26,662 bases of DNA from contig JAHLWS010000086.1 of the NCBI GenBank assembly GCA_019057795.1, positions 1 through 26,662 of the forward strand. The letters run 5' to 3'. Positions 1 to 9,434 of this stretch are shown here, piece by piece (the stretch's first letter is position 1; every line of letters begins with the position of its first letter). The stretch comes from Promethearchaeota archaeon (GTDB lineage: Archaea; Asgardarchaeota; Lokiarchaeia; Sigyniarchaeales; SOKP01). The translations under genes and the position numbers were made by a program. The notes under the pieces are model-generated. The model searched no databases, had not been told where the DNA came from, and saw only the letters and a program-made list of their open reading frames with translations.

Positions 1-189
1 ATTATAAATAATATGGATGATTTATATAAAGATTCTGCTAATATGTATATCTCTATGATAGATATGGGCTTTCTTTCTTATTATAAAATTAAGCCTGAAC
101 CCGTAGAACTATTGTTAAAAGTGATGAGAGAAAGAGGAGAGTCTATCGAATCATTATTAAAAGAATTAAGAGAAAGATTTTGGGAATAA
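1..189 (+). CDS. hypothetical protein, 5'-truncated by window edge
   Basis: Open frame from base 1 (IIINMDDLYKDS...LRERFWE) to TAA at 187-189. Confidence 0.55.
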   Translation: MINNMDDLYKDSANMYISMIDMGFLSYYKIKPEPVELLLKVMRERGESIESLLKELRERFWE

Positions 190-326
190 AAAATATTATT
201 TTAGGTTATAAACGTGGGCAAGCAATATAAGGGTTATAAATGTATCCGGGGAGCTGTAGAATCAAAAATAGAGGATATTTTGGCCTATTCTGAGTGAGTT
301 ATTTAATCAATAAGAGGGTATTAAAA

Positions 327-545
327 ATGAATAAAATTCAAAAGATAATTTTAGCAATTTTTGTTCCAAGTATACTTTACGTGATTGCTCTAGCTATCGC
401 AGAACCTATAACCTGGAGACCTGGAAAGTTCCGTCTTTATAGTTCCAGCGTGATTTTCTACTATGGTTGGCCTGTTTGGCTTGTTTTTTTAATCATCGTT
501 TGTATTTTTGAGTATAAACTATTTAAGGATAAAAAAGAGAAATAA
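327..545 (+). CDS. small two-TM membrane protein
   Basis: ORF 294-545; ATG at 327 follows a GAGGG RBS; two hydrophobic stretches and a basic C-tail. Confidence 0.65.
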   Translation: MNKIQKIILAIFVPSILYVIALAIAEPITWRPGKFRLYSSSVIFYYGWPVWLVFLIIVCIFEYKLFKDKKEK

Positions 546-570
546 AGAGGATTAGAGGAGGGCTAAGAAA

Positions 571-949
571 ATGAAAGCATTTGAAAGAATCTTTCTTTAT
601 ACAATATTAGCAATATTAGTGTTTTATGTGTTCTTGGTAGATGGAAATGTTGAAAGCCAGGGGGTTATTCAGGAGGAAATCAGGGCCAGGAGCATATTAA
701 TTGTGAACGATGCGGGCCAAACCAGTCATTATGTTATGGGCTAGTGAAGACGGTGGGACAATCGGCGTTAGTAATAACAATAATCCCGGCACTCCTGTTG
801 CTCTTATAGGAGCCGATAAAGACGGGGGGTCAATCGGCGTTAGTAATAAAGCTGGCAACCCTGTTGCTGTTTTGACGGTTTACGAAGATGATGATGGACT
901 AATAGAGGTTTAAAACAAGTATGGCGAAAGGACTGGTTTTCTACCCTAG
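571..949 (+). pseudogene. secreted or membrane-anchored beta-repeat protein, frameshifted with a premature stop
   Basis: GAGGAGG RBS then ATG 571 (MKAFERIFLYTILAILVFYVFLVDG...VNDAG). Frame switches near 717 into ORF 710-913 (KPVIMLWASEDGG...). TAA at 911 is followed in frame by NKYGERTGFLP-TAG 949. Internal 72-bp-period repeat CAATCGGCGTTAGTAATAA at 759 and 831. Confidence 0.7.
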
Positions 950-998
950 AACTATAAATGAATGATTTGGTTATTAAATAAAGAAAGGAGGAAATAAA

Positions 999-1199
999 AT
1001 GAGCGAAGCAATTAAAAAAAGAATGGAGAAACTTAAGGGAGAGAAAAATTTGTCCGGTTTTCAACACACACAATTATTATGCTTAGATACTATAATGGAC
1101 AGTTTAGTCAGTATAGCTGATAGCCTTAAAACTATTAACTATGGTATAAGCAAGACAATTAATAAAAAATGGACCGATGATAAAAAAGAAGAAGATTAG
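999..1199 (+). CDS. hypothetical protein
   Basis: AAGGAGG RBS, 66-aa ORF. Confidence 0.65.
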   Translation: MSEAIKKRMEKLKGEKNLSGFQHTQLLCLDTIMDSLVSIADSLKTINYGISKTINKKWTDDKKEED

Positions 1200-1256
1200 A
1201 TAACGGCACACATTAATTATTACAAACAATACAAGCATATAACAGGGGGGCTTAAA

Positions 1257-1625
1257 ATGAAAAATAAAATAATACTCTTTTTAATTTTACTGTTGTTATT
1301 TTCGATTTTTTTAATTAATTATAGTTATCTCCAAGAGGAAGAAAAAGAAGGAATTGATTATTATATATTGGCAAATGACTATTTAGAATTATCTGAAGAA
1401 AATAAATTATTTTATGTTATGGGGTTAATAGATATGGTTTTTTTCCAAATATATTCCTATGATTTCGAATTATATTCTGATATTACTAAAGCAACTGATG
1501 GTATGAATGCAAAACAAATAAAGGCGATTTTTGATAAATACATAGAAGAACATCCGAAAAAATGGCACTTTCCTGCTTCTTTAATTTTTAATGATGTAAT
1601 AATGGAAATCGTTTATGAAAAATAA
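1257..1625 (+). CDS. hypothetical exported protein (signal peptide, helical Rap1a-like motif)
   Basis: N-terminal MKNK plus hydrophobic signal; YVMGLID...YIEEHPKKWHFPAS motif; AGGGGG RBS. Confidence 0.65.
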   Translation: MKNKIILFLILLLLFSIFLINYSYLQEEEKEGIDYYILANDYLELSEENKLFYVMGLIDMVFFQIYSYDFELYSDITKATDGMNAKQIKAIFDKYIEEHPKKWHFPASLIFNDVIMEIVYEK

Positions 1626-2187
1626 AGAAATTATAAAAAACGATATTATATTTATTGAAGCCTGTGTAAATTCTTATGTAGAATTCTTGGGAGACGCCTA
1701 CACATTGGCAAGCTATGAGGTTCACCCTTGGAATTATTGTGGTTATAGGACCATAGACCGATAACAGCAAAGAGGGGAAAAATAATAAAAGATTGGATTA
1801 AGTCCGGAAGGATTAAAGATATAAATAATAAACAAAAAATAATATCATGAACCATAAAAATATTATTTAAAAATGTATTTCCCCCATAGCAGAGCTGCGG
1901 AGTATCTATTTCCCCTAAAACATACTAATTTACTGATAGTGTAACTTTTTATATTCTTTTTTCAATTCTTTGATTTATTACATATTTACTTATTATATCT
2001 TCACTACTAAACTTGCTTACATTATTTACAAAGAATCCATCTGCCCAAAATTCTCTGCCCCCATAGCTGTTTTTTTACTTAGGAAGTTTTTCAAATATCT
2101 TTTTGGTAGTTATACTTTTTATTTGATCGTAGCAGAGTTGCGGGGGAGGGAGGGGGATTAAACCCCAAGAGATTAAAGGGTTTTAAA

Positions 2188-2307
2188 ATGGTAAAGTGTA
2201 AATGTCGAAAGTGAAGAAAAATATGTCACGAATGGGCTCATTCGGATATTTGCCTGAATTGTGGTGGTAAACTAGAAAAGGGTAAACAGAAAAAAATGCT
2301 AGTGTAA
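2188..2307 (+). pseudogene. small zinc-ribbon protein with in-frame TGA at a Cys position
   Basis: MVKCKCRK*RKICHEWAHSDICLNCGGKLEKGKQKKMLV: CxxX and CxxC pairs, TGA at 2212-2214. Confidence 0.55.
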
Positions 2308-2342
2308 ACTTTATTGGGGTAGTTAGAAAAAAATAAATAATT

Positions 2343-2371
2343 TTGACTTTTCTCAAAAAAATGTTTATTAT
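2343..2371 (+). promoter_or_regulatory. sigma70-type promoter
   Basis: TTGACT-N17-TATTAT upstream of ORF 2443. Confidence 0.55.
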
Positions 2372-2442
2372 AATACTACGTACAATTTTTTATTAAGTAT
2401 TACAATGTTTTAGTAAACAATATAATATCTGCAGGAGCTTAT

Positions 2443-2770
2443 ATGGATTCTTATAAAAAAAACAATCCTGAATTAGAGAAATATATCCCGCTAGTTAAAA
2501 CTATCGCTGAAATGTTTGGTAATAACTGCGAAGTCTTAATCCATGATTTTAGTCATCCTCAACATTCTATTGTGGCAATAGAGAATGGCCACGTAACAGG
2601 AAGAAAAATAGGTGACCCCATTACCGATCTTGCCTTATCCGTCTGGAAGAAAAATGGTTATGAGAATAAAAAAACAGACAGAATTGTTAATTACAAAACT
2701 AAATCAAAAGATGGAAAAATATTAAAATCTTCCACGGTTTTTATTAGGAATAATCAAAAAAAGATAAAGG
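2443..2770 (+). pseudogene. YheO-like PAS-domain transcriptional regulator, C-terminal HTH deleted
   Basis: FGNNCEVLIHD...ENGHVTGRKIGDPITD...DGKILKSSTVFIRN is the YheO PAS_6 signature; similarity stops after NQKKI. Confidence 0.85.
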
Positions 2771-2771
2771 G

Positions 2772-3845
2772 TTGGTGGCCGCTGCAGCTTTTGGATTTAT
2801 CGCAGGAGATGCCAAAAGAAGCCTTAGAGTTATAGAAGGTTTAACAGAAGAAGATATAATAGAAGCCAGACTATTAATCAAGCAGAAAAGGATAGAATTA
2901 AGTTTAAAAAGAGATTGTACAGGATTGAATATTGAAGTCACCATATTGACGGATAGAGAAAAAGTGAGAGTTATCATTTTAAACACCCATCTCAATATAA
3001 TAAGTATTGAAAAGATCGATCTAAATAGCCAGTTCAAACCATTTGTTAGAAAAGAACAAAAAGCCAATACCTTCAAGTATCAGATTCAAAAATATACCTT
3101 GGAAGATTTTCTTCGTTTTAGTGACCAAATACCGCTTGAGAAATTATCATTCTTGGAAGATGGAGTCAATATGAACCGGAAGATCGCTCAGGAAGGTATG
3201 ACCATCAAGTTGGGTGTAGGAGTCAAATTAAATGAAATGATCCATGAGGGAATAATGTCGGATAATATTATTACTCGAGCCCAGGTCTTGTGTGCTGCTG
3301 CCGCCGAAGCAAGGATGTCCGGTAGCAAGCTTCCGGTTATGAGTACAGCAGGAAGTGGAAATCATGGTATTACTGTATTTTTAACTGATTTTGCAGTAGC
3401 AGAGAAGAAAAATTTATCTAAAGAAAAATTGATAAGATCTCTTGCTTTATCTAATCTAATTACTTTCTTTATAAAATCATATACTGATACCCTATCAGCG
3501 ATGTGTGGTTGTGGGGTAGCGGCGGGAATAGGAGCAAGTGCCGGGGTAGTATATTTATTAGGCGGAAATAAAGGACAAATTTTAGGGTCCCTATATAATA
3601 TGGTAGGTTCGATTTCTGGCATGATTTGCGATGGGGCTAAAAACGGTTGTGCTTATAAATTAGCTCTTGCCTCAGGATGGGCAGTGCAATCTGCATTGCT
3701 TGCCCTAAAAGGTGCAATCATTAATAATACCGATGGCATTATAGATCCTGATTTTAAGCAATTATTTAAAAATCTGGGTTATGTCTGTGATCCCGGGATG
3801 GTGCCTACAGACCAGGCAATACTAGACGTAATGCTAAAAAAATAA
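2772..3845 (+). pseudogene. L-cysteine desulfidase / serine dehydratase alpha-like protein (YhaM/CyuA, UPF0597), N-terminally truncated
   Basis: Motifs EARMSG..LPVMSTAGSGNHG, LSAMCGC, GMICDGAK.GCA.K; lacks the N-terminal ALGCTEP segment and an RBS. Confidence 0.85.
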
Positions 3846-3924
3846 ATAGAGCACAAAATTGTCTTTATAGGAAAATTTTATACTTGCTTGATGATAAAAT
3901 ATAATAATTAAGGAATGAAAATAT

Positions 3925-4047
3925 ATGGATTACAGAATTGAAAGAGATAGTTTGGGAGAAATTGAGGTTCCTAAAGATAAATTATAGGGAGCGCAAACTC
4001 AGAGAAGTTTCCAAAATTTTAAGATTGGAAAAGGTCGTATGCCTGTT
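3925..4047 (+). pseudogene. fumC: class II fumarate hydratase N-terminal fragment with nonsense codon
   Basis: [39 protein letters not shown]; TAG at 3985 replaces the Trp of WGAQTQRS. Confidence 0.8.
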
Positions 4048-4099
4048 GGTGGGTGGCTGTTTTTTGCTTTGCGGGGGTTGCTGGGTGGGTTGGCACGAA

Positions 4100-4198
4100 A
4101 ATTGCTTGGTGGTGTGGTTGGCGGGTTGTGTGTGGTGTGACCAGACCTGGTACGAGTTCTTCGCCACCCTGAAACAGAGAGGACTCAAAGGAGTGTGA
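4100..4198 (+). mobile_element. IS256-family transposase internal fragment
   Basis: DQTWYEFFATLKQRGLKGV matches the IS256 W..F...LK.RGL.GV motif. Confidence 0.7.
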
Positions 4199-4257
4199 TT
4201 TATATAAAACAAAGATTCACTAAAATAGTTAATTATTTTTAAGGAGGTGTTTCGATA

Positions 4258-5325
4258 ATGAAACAGAGAAGTCTAGTTGCAATGGTAATGGTCTTGGTAG
4301 TTACCGTAAGTATTGTGGTTCTTGGTTGTATTTCGCCTGCCATGGCTCAGGAAGACAAGGTTTACAAATGGAAATTCCAGAGCCATCATACGCCTGGATC
4401 TCTTGCAATTGAATCCGTCATCAAACCCTTTATCGAAAGGGTAGAGAAGATGTCCGGAGGCAGGTTGGAAATTAGTCTGCATTATGCCGGGGAGCTGGTA
4501 GGTTATGCGGAAGTAGACGCAGCCCTACAGGCAAACGTGATCCAGATAGCTAATACCACCTCATTATTCTTTAGAGGAGCTATCCCTATGGGTTGGCTAG
4601 CGGCACCCAATATGCCGCCCCTTATTACCCGAAGCAATGATGAATTTAACGAATTATTCCATCATAGGGGAATTGATGAACTGTTGGGAGAGGCCCTGGA
4701 AGAGCGAGGTATTAAGTTCCTTGGCAGCCATAGCGTGGGCAATACCTATTTCTGGAGCAAAAAACCAATAAGGTCGCTGGAGGAACTGAAAGGATTTAAG
4801 GTGAGGTTCTTCGGGTCCATGTCAGATTTTGTGAAACACTTTGGTGCAGCACCGGTAATGCTTCCACATCCGGAGACCTATATGGCCATCTCCATGGGTA
4901 CTCTTGATGGCAGTGGTACCGCCTGGTGGCTGTACCGGGATCTCAAGCTCTATGAGGTGTGTCCGTATTTTATCGGTCCGGCCGTGCAGGTACCTCAGGG
5001 AATGGAACTCTGGGCATCCAAGAAGGCATGGGATGAGTTGCCCGAAGATCTCCAGGAGATCGTTGAGACAGCGGCTCGCGCTTTTAACACGGATTATATG
5101 GATGCCGTGACCATACAGGAACGTGAGATGTTCAACAAATCCTTCGAAGAGTGGGGAACCACTTACATCGAATTTAGCGATGAGGACGTAAAAAGGATAG
5201 TCAATGAGTTCTCCTTGCCCTATCTTGACAAGATCGCTGCCGAGGAAGGGCCGAAGGATGAAAGAGTTATCAAGGCGATCGAGATCATTAAGCAGTTCAT
5301 GAGGGACTACGGATACACAGATTAA
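4258..5325 (+). CDS. dctP: TRAP transporter substrate-binding protein
   Basis: Signal peptide; WKFQS, VEKMSGGRLEI, PIRSLEELKGFKVR, WDELPEDLQ motifs; AAGGAGGT RBS. Confidence 0.93.
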   Translation: MKQRSLVAMVMVLVVTVSIVVLGCISPAMAQEDKVYKWKFQSHHTPGSLAIESVIKPFIERVEKMSGGRLEISLHYAGELVGYAEVDAALQANVIQIANTTSLFFRGAIPMGWLAAPNMPPLITRSNDEFNELFHHRGIDELLGEALEERGIKFLGSHSVGNTYFWSKKPIRSLEELKGFKVRFFGSMSDFVKHFGAAPVMLPHPETYMAISMGTLDGSGTAWWLYRDLKLYEVCPYFIGPAVQVPQGMELWASKKAWDELPEDLQEIVETAARAFNTDYMDAVTIQEREMFNKSFEEWGTTYIEFSDEDVKRIVNEFSLPYLDKIAAEEGPKDERVIKAIEIIKQFMRDYGYTD

Positions 5326-5333
5326 GGGAATGG

Positions 5334-5376
5334 TCAACAAGAACCCCCCTTCTCTTTTCAGGGGGGTTCTTGTTGA
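5334..5376 (+). terminator. long hairpin between dctP and dctQ
   Basis: TCAACAAGAACCCCCC / GGGGGGTTCTTGTTGA perfect inverted repeat. Confidence 0.75.
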
Positions 5377-5412
5377 TAAGGTTTTTCAGCGGCCAAAGAA
5401 CTTCCGAATGAG

Positions 5413-5958
5413 GTGAGGAGAGTGCACTTTTTAACTGGTTTTATTAGATTTGTTGACACAATGAACGATCGGATGGGTAAAATTATTAGCTTTCTTATTT
5501 ATCCGATAATGCTCGTACTGGTTTACGAGGTGGGAATGAGGTATTTATTTACCAAACCGACCATCTGGGCTCATGAGACTTCCTGTATGCTTTACGGAGC
5601 ACACTTTATGCTGGGAGGGGCCTATGCCCTTCGACACGATGCCTTCGTAAACGTTGAGGTTTTTTATAATCGATTTTCTAAACGCACAAAAGCAATTATT
5701 GACCTTATTACCTGGACCATGTTTTATATCTTTGTGGGGGTTCTGCTCTGGGAAAGCGTGCCCTGGGCACTGACAAGTCTTTCACTGCTTGAATACTCCG
5801 AGAGTACTTGGGGTCCTTCTATCTGGCCTGTCAAGTTCACCATACCCTTTGGGGTTTTTTTCATGCTGCTTCAGGGAATGACTAAAACCATCAAAGATGC
5901 CTACCTGGCCGTTACCGGACGTGAGATCGTTACTGTGGTGGATACAAAGCCACTATAG
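5413..5958 (+). CDS. dctQ: TRAP transporter small permease
   Basis: 4 TM; YEV..RY.F..PTIWAHE, GGAYAL....V.V motifs. Confidence 0.92.
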   Translation: MRRVHFLTGFIRFVDTMNDRMGKIISFLIYPIMLVLVYEVGMRYLFTKPTIWAHETSCMLYGAHFMLGGAYALRHDAFVNVEVFYNRFSKRTKAIIDLITWTMFYIFVGVLLWESVPWALTSLSLLEYSESTWGPSIWPVKFTIPFGVFFMLLQGMTKTIKDAYLAVTGREIVTVVDTKPL

Positions 5959-5975
5959 GAGATGGAGGTGTTCTT

Positions 5976-7289
5976 ATCAATATAGTATTTATTTCAATTT
6001 TACTTTTTGGCAGCATGTTCCTTTTGTTGTTCTCAGGCCTTCCCGTTGCTTTTGTCCTGGGAGGTCTGGCTACTGTTTTTACCGCTATCTTCTGGGGTCC
6101 CGATTCTCTCTTTATCATTGTTGCCAGAACCTTTTCTATGATGTCCACCACGACTATGGTGGCCTGTCCCCTTTTCGTACTGATGGCAACTGCGTTGGAA
6201 CGTTCCGGTGTAGCGGAGGGCATGTACGAGACGATGTACCGCTGGTCGGGGGGTGTAAAGGGGGGATTGGCAGTTGGTACTGTCATAGCCTGTACACTGA
6301 TAGCCGCCATGTCAGGAATTGCTTCGACCGGTGTAGTGGTAATGGGTCTTATGGCCATTCCGGCAATGCTCAAGAGGGGATATGACAAGAGACTTGCGAC
6401 CGGATCTGTCCTTGCTGGAGGAGTTCTTGGTCCCCTTATCCCTCCCAGCATCACATTGGTGCTTTACGGAACTTTCGCTCGGGTATCCATAGGCGAACTT
6501 TTTGCCGGAGGAATGGCTGCCGGACTTCTCTGCTCTATTCTGATCATGGGCTACATATTGATCAGATGCTATTTGAATCCAAAATTAGGTCCACCTATTC
6601 CTGCGGAAGAGAGAGCTAACCAGAAGGCCAAAATTGCTTCCCTTAAGGGAATAATTCTCCCACTTGCCCTTATAATTGCTGTTCTGGGTTCGATCTTCAC
6701 AGGTATTGCCACCCCAACAGAGGCAGCTGCCGTAGGGGCTTTTGGCGCTTTTGTGTGTACCGCTATTCATAGACGGTTGAACTGGAAAATGATCAAAAGC
6801 GCAGCCTACACTACCATACAGGTGCAGGGTTTTATGATGTGGATCCTCTTTTCCGCCCAGGCATTTGCGTCCGTATACATGGGTCTGGGAGCCAAAAGGA
6901 TGGTCGTCAGCTTTTTAGAGACCCACGAGATAGGTTGGTGGACGATGCTTATAGCCATTCAGTTACTTTGGTTTCTGCTGGGTTTTGTGATCGATGCTTG
7001 GAGTATTCTTATGATAACCCTTCCCGTCCTTCTGCCTATATTTTCGATATATGGATTTGATCCTCTGTGGATGGGAGTCCTTTACGCGATCAATACACAG
7101 ACTGGTTACCTTACTCCGCCCTTTGGGACAATGCTTTTCATGATGAAGGGTATTGCTCCAAAGGAGATAACCATGACGGACATTTATCTTTCTGTCTGGC
7201 CCTTCGTGATGATCCAATTAGTTAGCCTGGCACTGTGTATAGCGTTCCCCAAACTGGTTACCTGGCTACCTTATCTTCTTTTCAGATAG
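5976..7289 (+). CDS. dctM: TRAP transporter large permease
   Basis: GLPVAF, GGVLGPLIPPS, TPTEAAAVG, GYLTPPFG motifs. Frame extends upstream of ATG 6015 to an ATC at 5976 after GGAGGTG. Confidence 0.92.
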   Translation: MNIVFISILLFGSMFLLLFSGLPVAFVLGGLATVFTAIFWGPDSLFIIVARTFSMMSTTTMVACPLFVLMATALERSGVAEGMYETMYRWSGGVKGGLAVGTVIACTLIAAMSGIASTGVVVMGLMAIPAMLKRGYDKRLATGSVLAGGVLGPLIPPSITLVLYGTFARVSIGELFAGGMAAGLLCSILIMGYILIRCYLNPKLGPPIPAEERANQKAKIASLKGIILPLALIIAVLGSIFTGIATPTEAAAVGAFGAFVCTAIHRRLNWKMIKSAAYTTIQVQGFMMWILFSAQAFASVYMGLGAKRMVVSFLETHEIGWWTMLIAIQLLWFLLGFVIDAWSILMITLPVLLPIFSIYGFDPLWMGVLYAINTQTGYLTPPFGTMLFMMKGIAPKEITMTDIYLSVWPFVMIQLVSLALCIAFPKLVTWLPYLLFR

Positions 7290-7352
7290 AAAAAGTGCAG
7301 TGCTTCCGGATCCTTTCTCTGCTGACGTGGAGAAAATTGGAAGCACTTTTTA

Positions 7353-7474
7353 TATTAAGCCGCATAAAACTCCAGACTCCTGTCTGGAGATGTAGCGGCA
7401 GCCCGAAGGGCTCAAGCTCGTTTTTCGCTTGTAGCCAAAAGATGCCCCCAGCTCCTGCTGGGGGAGTTTCACTA
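7353..7474 (+). mobile_element. non-autonomous IS200/IS605-type miniature element (PATE-like), copy 1
   Basis: 122 bp identical to 12013-12134; subterminal hairpins CTCCAGAC-TCCT-GTCTGGAG and CCCCAGC-TCCT-GCTGGGG; ends ...GTTTCAC. Confidence 0.8.
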
Positions 7475-7476
7475 GT

Positions 7477-7974
7477 TTGGGTACTTTTTCTAAGATATTA
7501 TGTCCCGGCTTACGACTGGCCTGGATATTATGCAACGAAGAAATAATAAGAAAGATTGCTATACTGAAACAGGCAACCGATTTATGTACCAGTATCTTAA
7601 ACCAGTTAATTGCTTCCGAGTATTGCAAATTAGGTAAATTAGAAGAAAACATCGAGTCTAATGTTCAAATTTATAAGAGAAAAAGAGATGTAATGTTAAA
7701 TGCTTTAGATAAATACTTTCCAAAAGAAGTTTCCTGGACTAAACCTCAAGGTGGGTTTTTTGTAGTTGCTACTTTACCTGATTACATGGATACCGGAGAA
7801 ATGTTCAAAGAGGCAATCAAAGAGAATGTAGCTTATGTGCCTGGTGCTCCATTTTATGCTGACGGAAAAGGCCAAAATACTATGCGGCTGTCTTTCTGTT
7901 ATCCGAGCGAGGGAGATATTGAAGAAGGCATTGAGAGAATAGGTAGTTTAATCAAGAAGAAAACAAAAAAATAA
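7477..7974 (+). pseudogene. PLP-dependent aminotransferase (class I/II, LysN-like), C-terminal part only
   Basis: Begins at LGTFSKILCPGLRLAW (PLP lysine); WTKPQGGFF and MRLSF motifs; N-terminal part replaced by the miniature element. Confidence 0.88.
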
Positions 7975-8166
7975 ATTAGTATATTAGCGTAGAGTTAGGT
8001 AAAAAGAATTAGAATTAAGTGCTCTAAGAAGAGAGAAGTGATTATAAATATAGAAAAATTAGAGAACAATTTTAAGATATTTATAAATTTTAGTTTGGCT
8101 TACTAATTTAGAATTTACAACATTATTAAGGTTTAAAGGGCTGATTAAAAAAGAAGGAAATTAATA

Positions 8167-9360
8167 ATGAGTTTAATTGTTGCTTTTATAATAGTAGCAG
8201 GATCAATGGCCATAGGAGATATTGTATCTACAAAGACAAAGGCATTTATACCTTCTGTGTTCGTAACAGCTGTCCTTTTTCTTATAGGTTTTTGGACTTT
8301 TTTCCCTAAAGATATCATTGTTACAGCGGGAATTCCAATAGGTCTTGTATTAATGTCAATCTATTTGTTACTGGTTCACATGGGCACAATGATGAGTCTT
8401 AAAGAACTGGCAGCAGAATGGAGGACAATAGTCATTGCTATAAGTGGTATTATTGGATTGTGTGCTGTACTTTTAACTGTAGGGATATTATTGGTAGGAC
8501 GAGAAACAATAATAATTGCAACTCCGCCTTTAGCAGGAGGAATTGTTGCGGCATTGATGATGAGTGAGGCTGCGACAGCGAAAGGATTAACCAGCTTGGC
8601 AGTTCTTGCGATAGTTATGTATGTAATTCAAGGATTTGTCGGCTACCCTCTTACAGCACTTAGTTTAAAAAAAGAAGGATTAAGGTTATTAGATATTTAC
8701 AGAAATAATAAGGAAGAATTGGCAAAACTAAATTCGAAACAGGTTTCTAATGGGAAAGGTCAGGAAAAAAGTAAATTGCAGTTTATTCCCCCTTTAGGTA
8801 AAAAATATCAAACTACTTTTGTATTATTAACCAAGACAGCCTTAGTAGCGGGGGCAGCATTAGCATTCGCAGGTTTGATGAATAATATTGTTTCTGCATA
8901 TATTATTTGTTTGCTATTTGGAGTTGTAGCTGCTGAAATAGGTTTTCTAGAAAGAAAACCTATAACTAAATCAAATTCCTTTGGGTACTTATCCTTAGCA
9001 ATTATGGCATATATATTTAGCCAACTCGCAAAAGCTACTCCAGAGATGTTAAAGGGAATTGCCGGACCCTTATTATTGGTTATCATCATTGGTGTAATAG
9101 GACTGGGACTAATATCTATGATTGTAGGAAAATTATTAGGCTATAGCAAAGAAATGTCCTTCGCCCTTTCTTTAACTGCCCTTTATGGTTTCCCGCCTAA
9201 TTACATACTAACAGAAGAAGCGGCGAAAAGTTTAGCTGAAACCCCGGAAGAAAATGAATTTTTAATGAACCAAATGCTTCCTAAAATGTTAGTGGGCGGG
9301 TTTACTACTGTAACTATCGTATCCGTTATACTAGCAGGAATATTTATAAAATTGTTATAA
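8167..9360 (+). CDS. multi-pass membrane protein, probable amino-acid or peptide secondary transporter
   Basis: Many TM helices; PPLAGGIVA, LYGFPPNY, PKMLVGGF motifs; operon with two M20 hydrolases. Confidence 0.75.
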   Translation: MSLIVAFIIVAGSMAIGDIVSTKTKAFIPSVFVTAVLFLIGFWTFFPKDIIVTAGIPIGLVLMSIYLLLVHMGTMMSLKELAAEWRTIVIAISGIIGLCAVLLTVGILLVGRETIIIATPPLAGGIVAALMMSEAATAKGLTSLAVLAIVMYVIQGFVGYPLTALSLKKEGLRLLDIYRNNKEELAKLNSKQVSNGKGQEKSKLQFIPPLGKKYQTTFVLLTKTALVAGAALAFAGLMNNIVSAYIICLLFGVVAAEIGFLERKPITKSNSFGYLSLAIMAYIFSQLAKATPEMLKGIAGPLLLVIIIGVIGLGLISMIVGKLLGYSKEMSFALSLTALYGFPPNYILTEEAAKSLAETPEENEFLMNQMLPKMLVGGFTTVTIVSVILAGIFIKLL

Positions 9361-9434
9361 AATAAATATATAAGACTTTATTAGCCCTTTAAACCTTAAT
9401 TTTTAATATATTTTTAATGGGAAGGAGGGTAGAT

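Noticed and set aside
3938-4212. ORFs 3938-4198 (+) and 3982-4212 (-) as genes
   Set aside because: Chimeras across the fumC fragment, low-complexity tract and IS256 fragment
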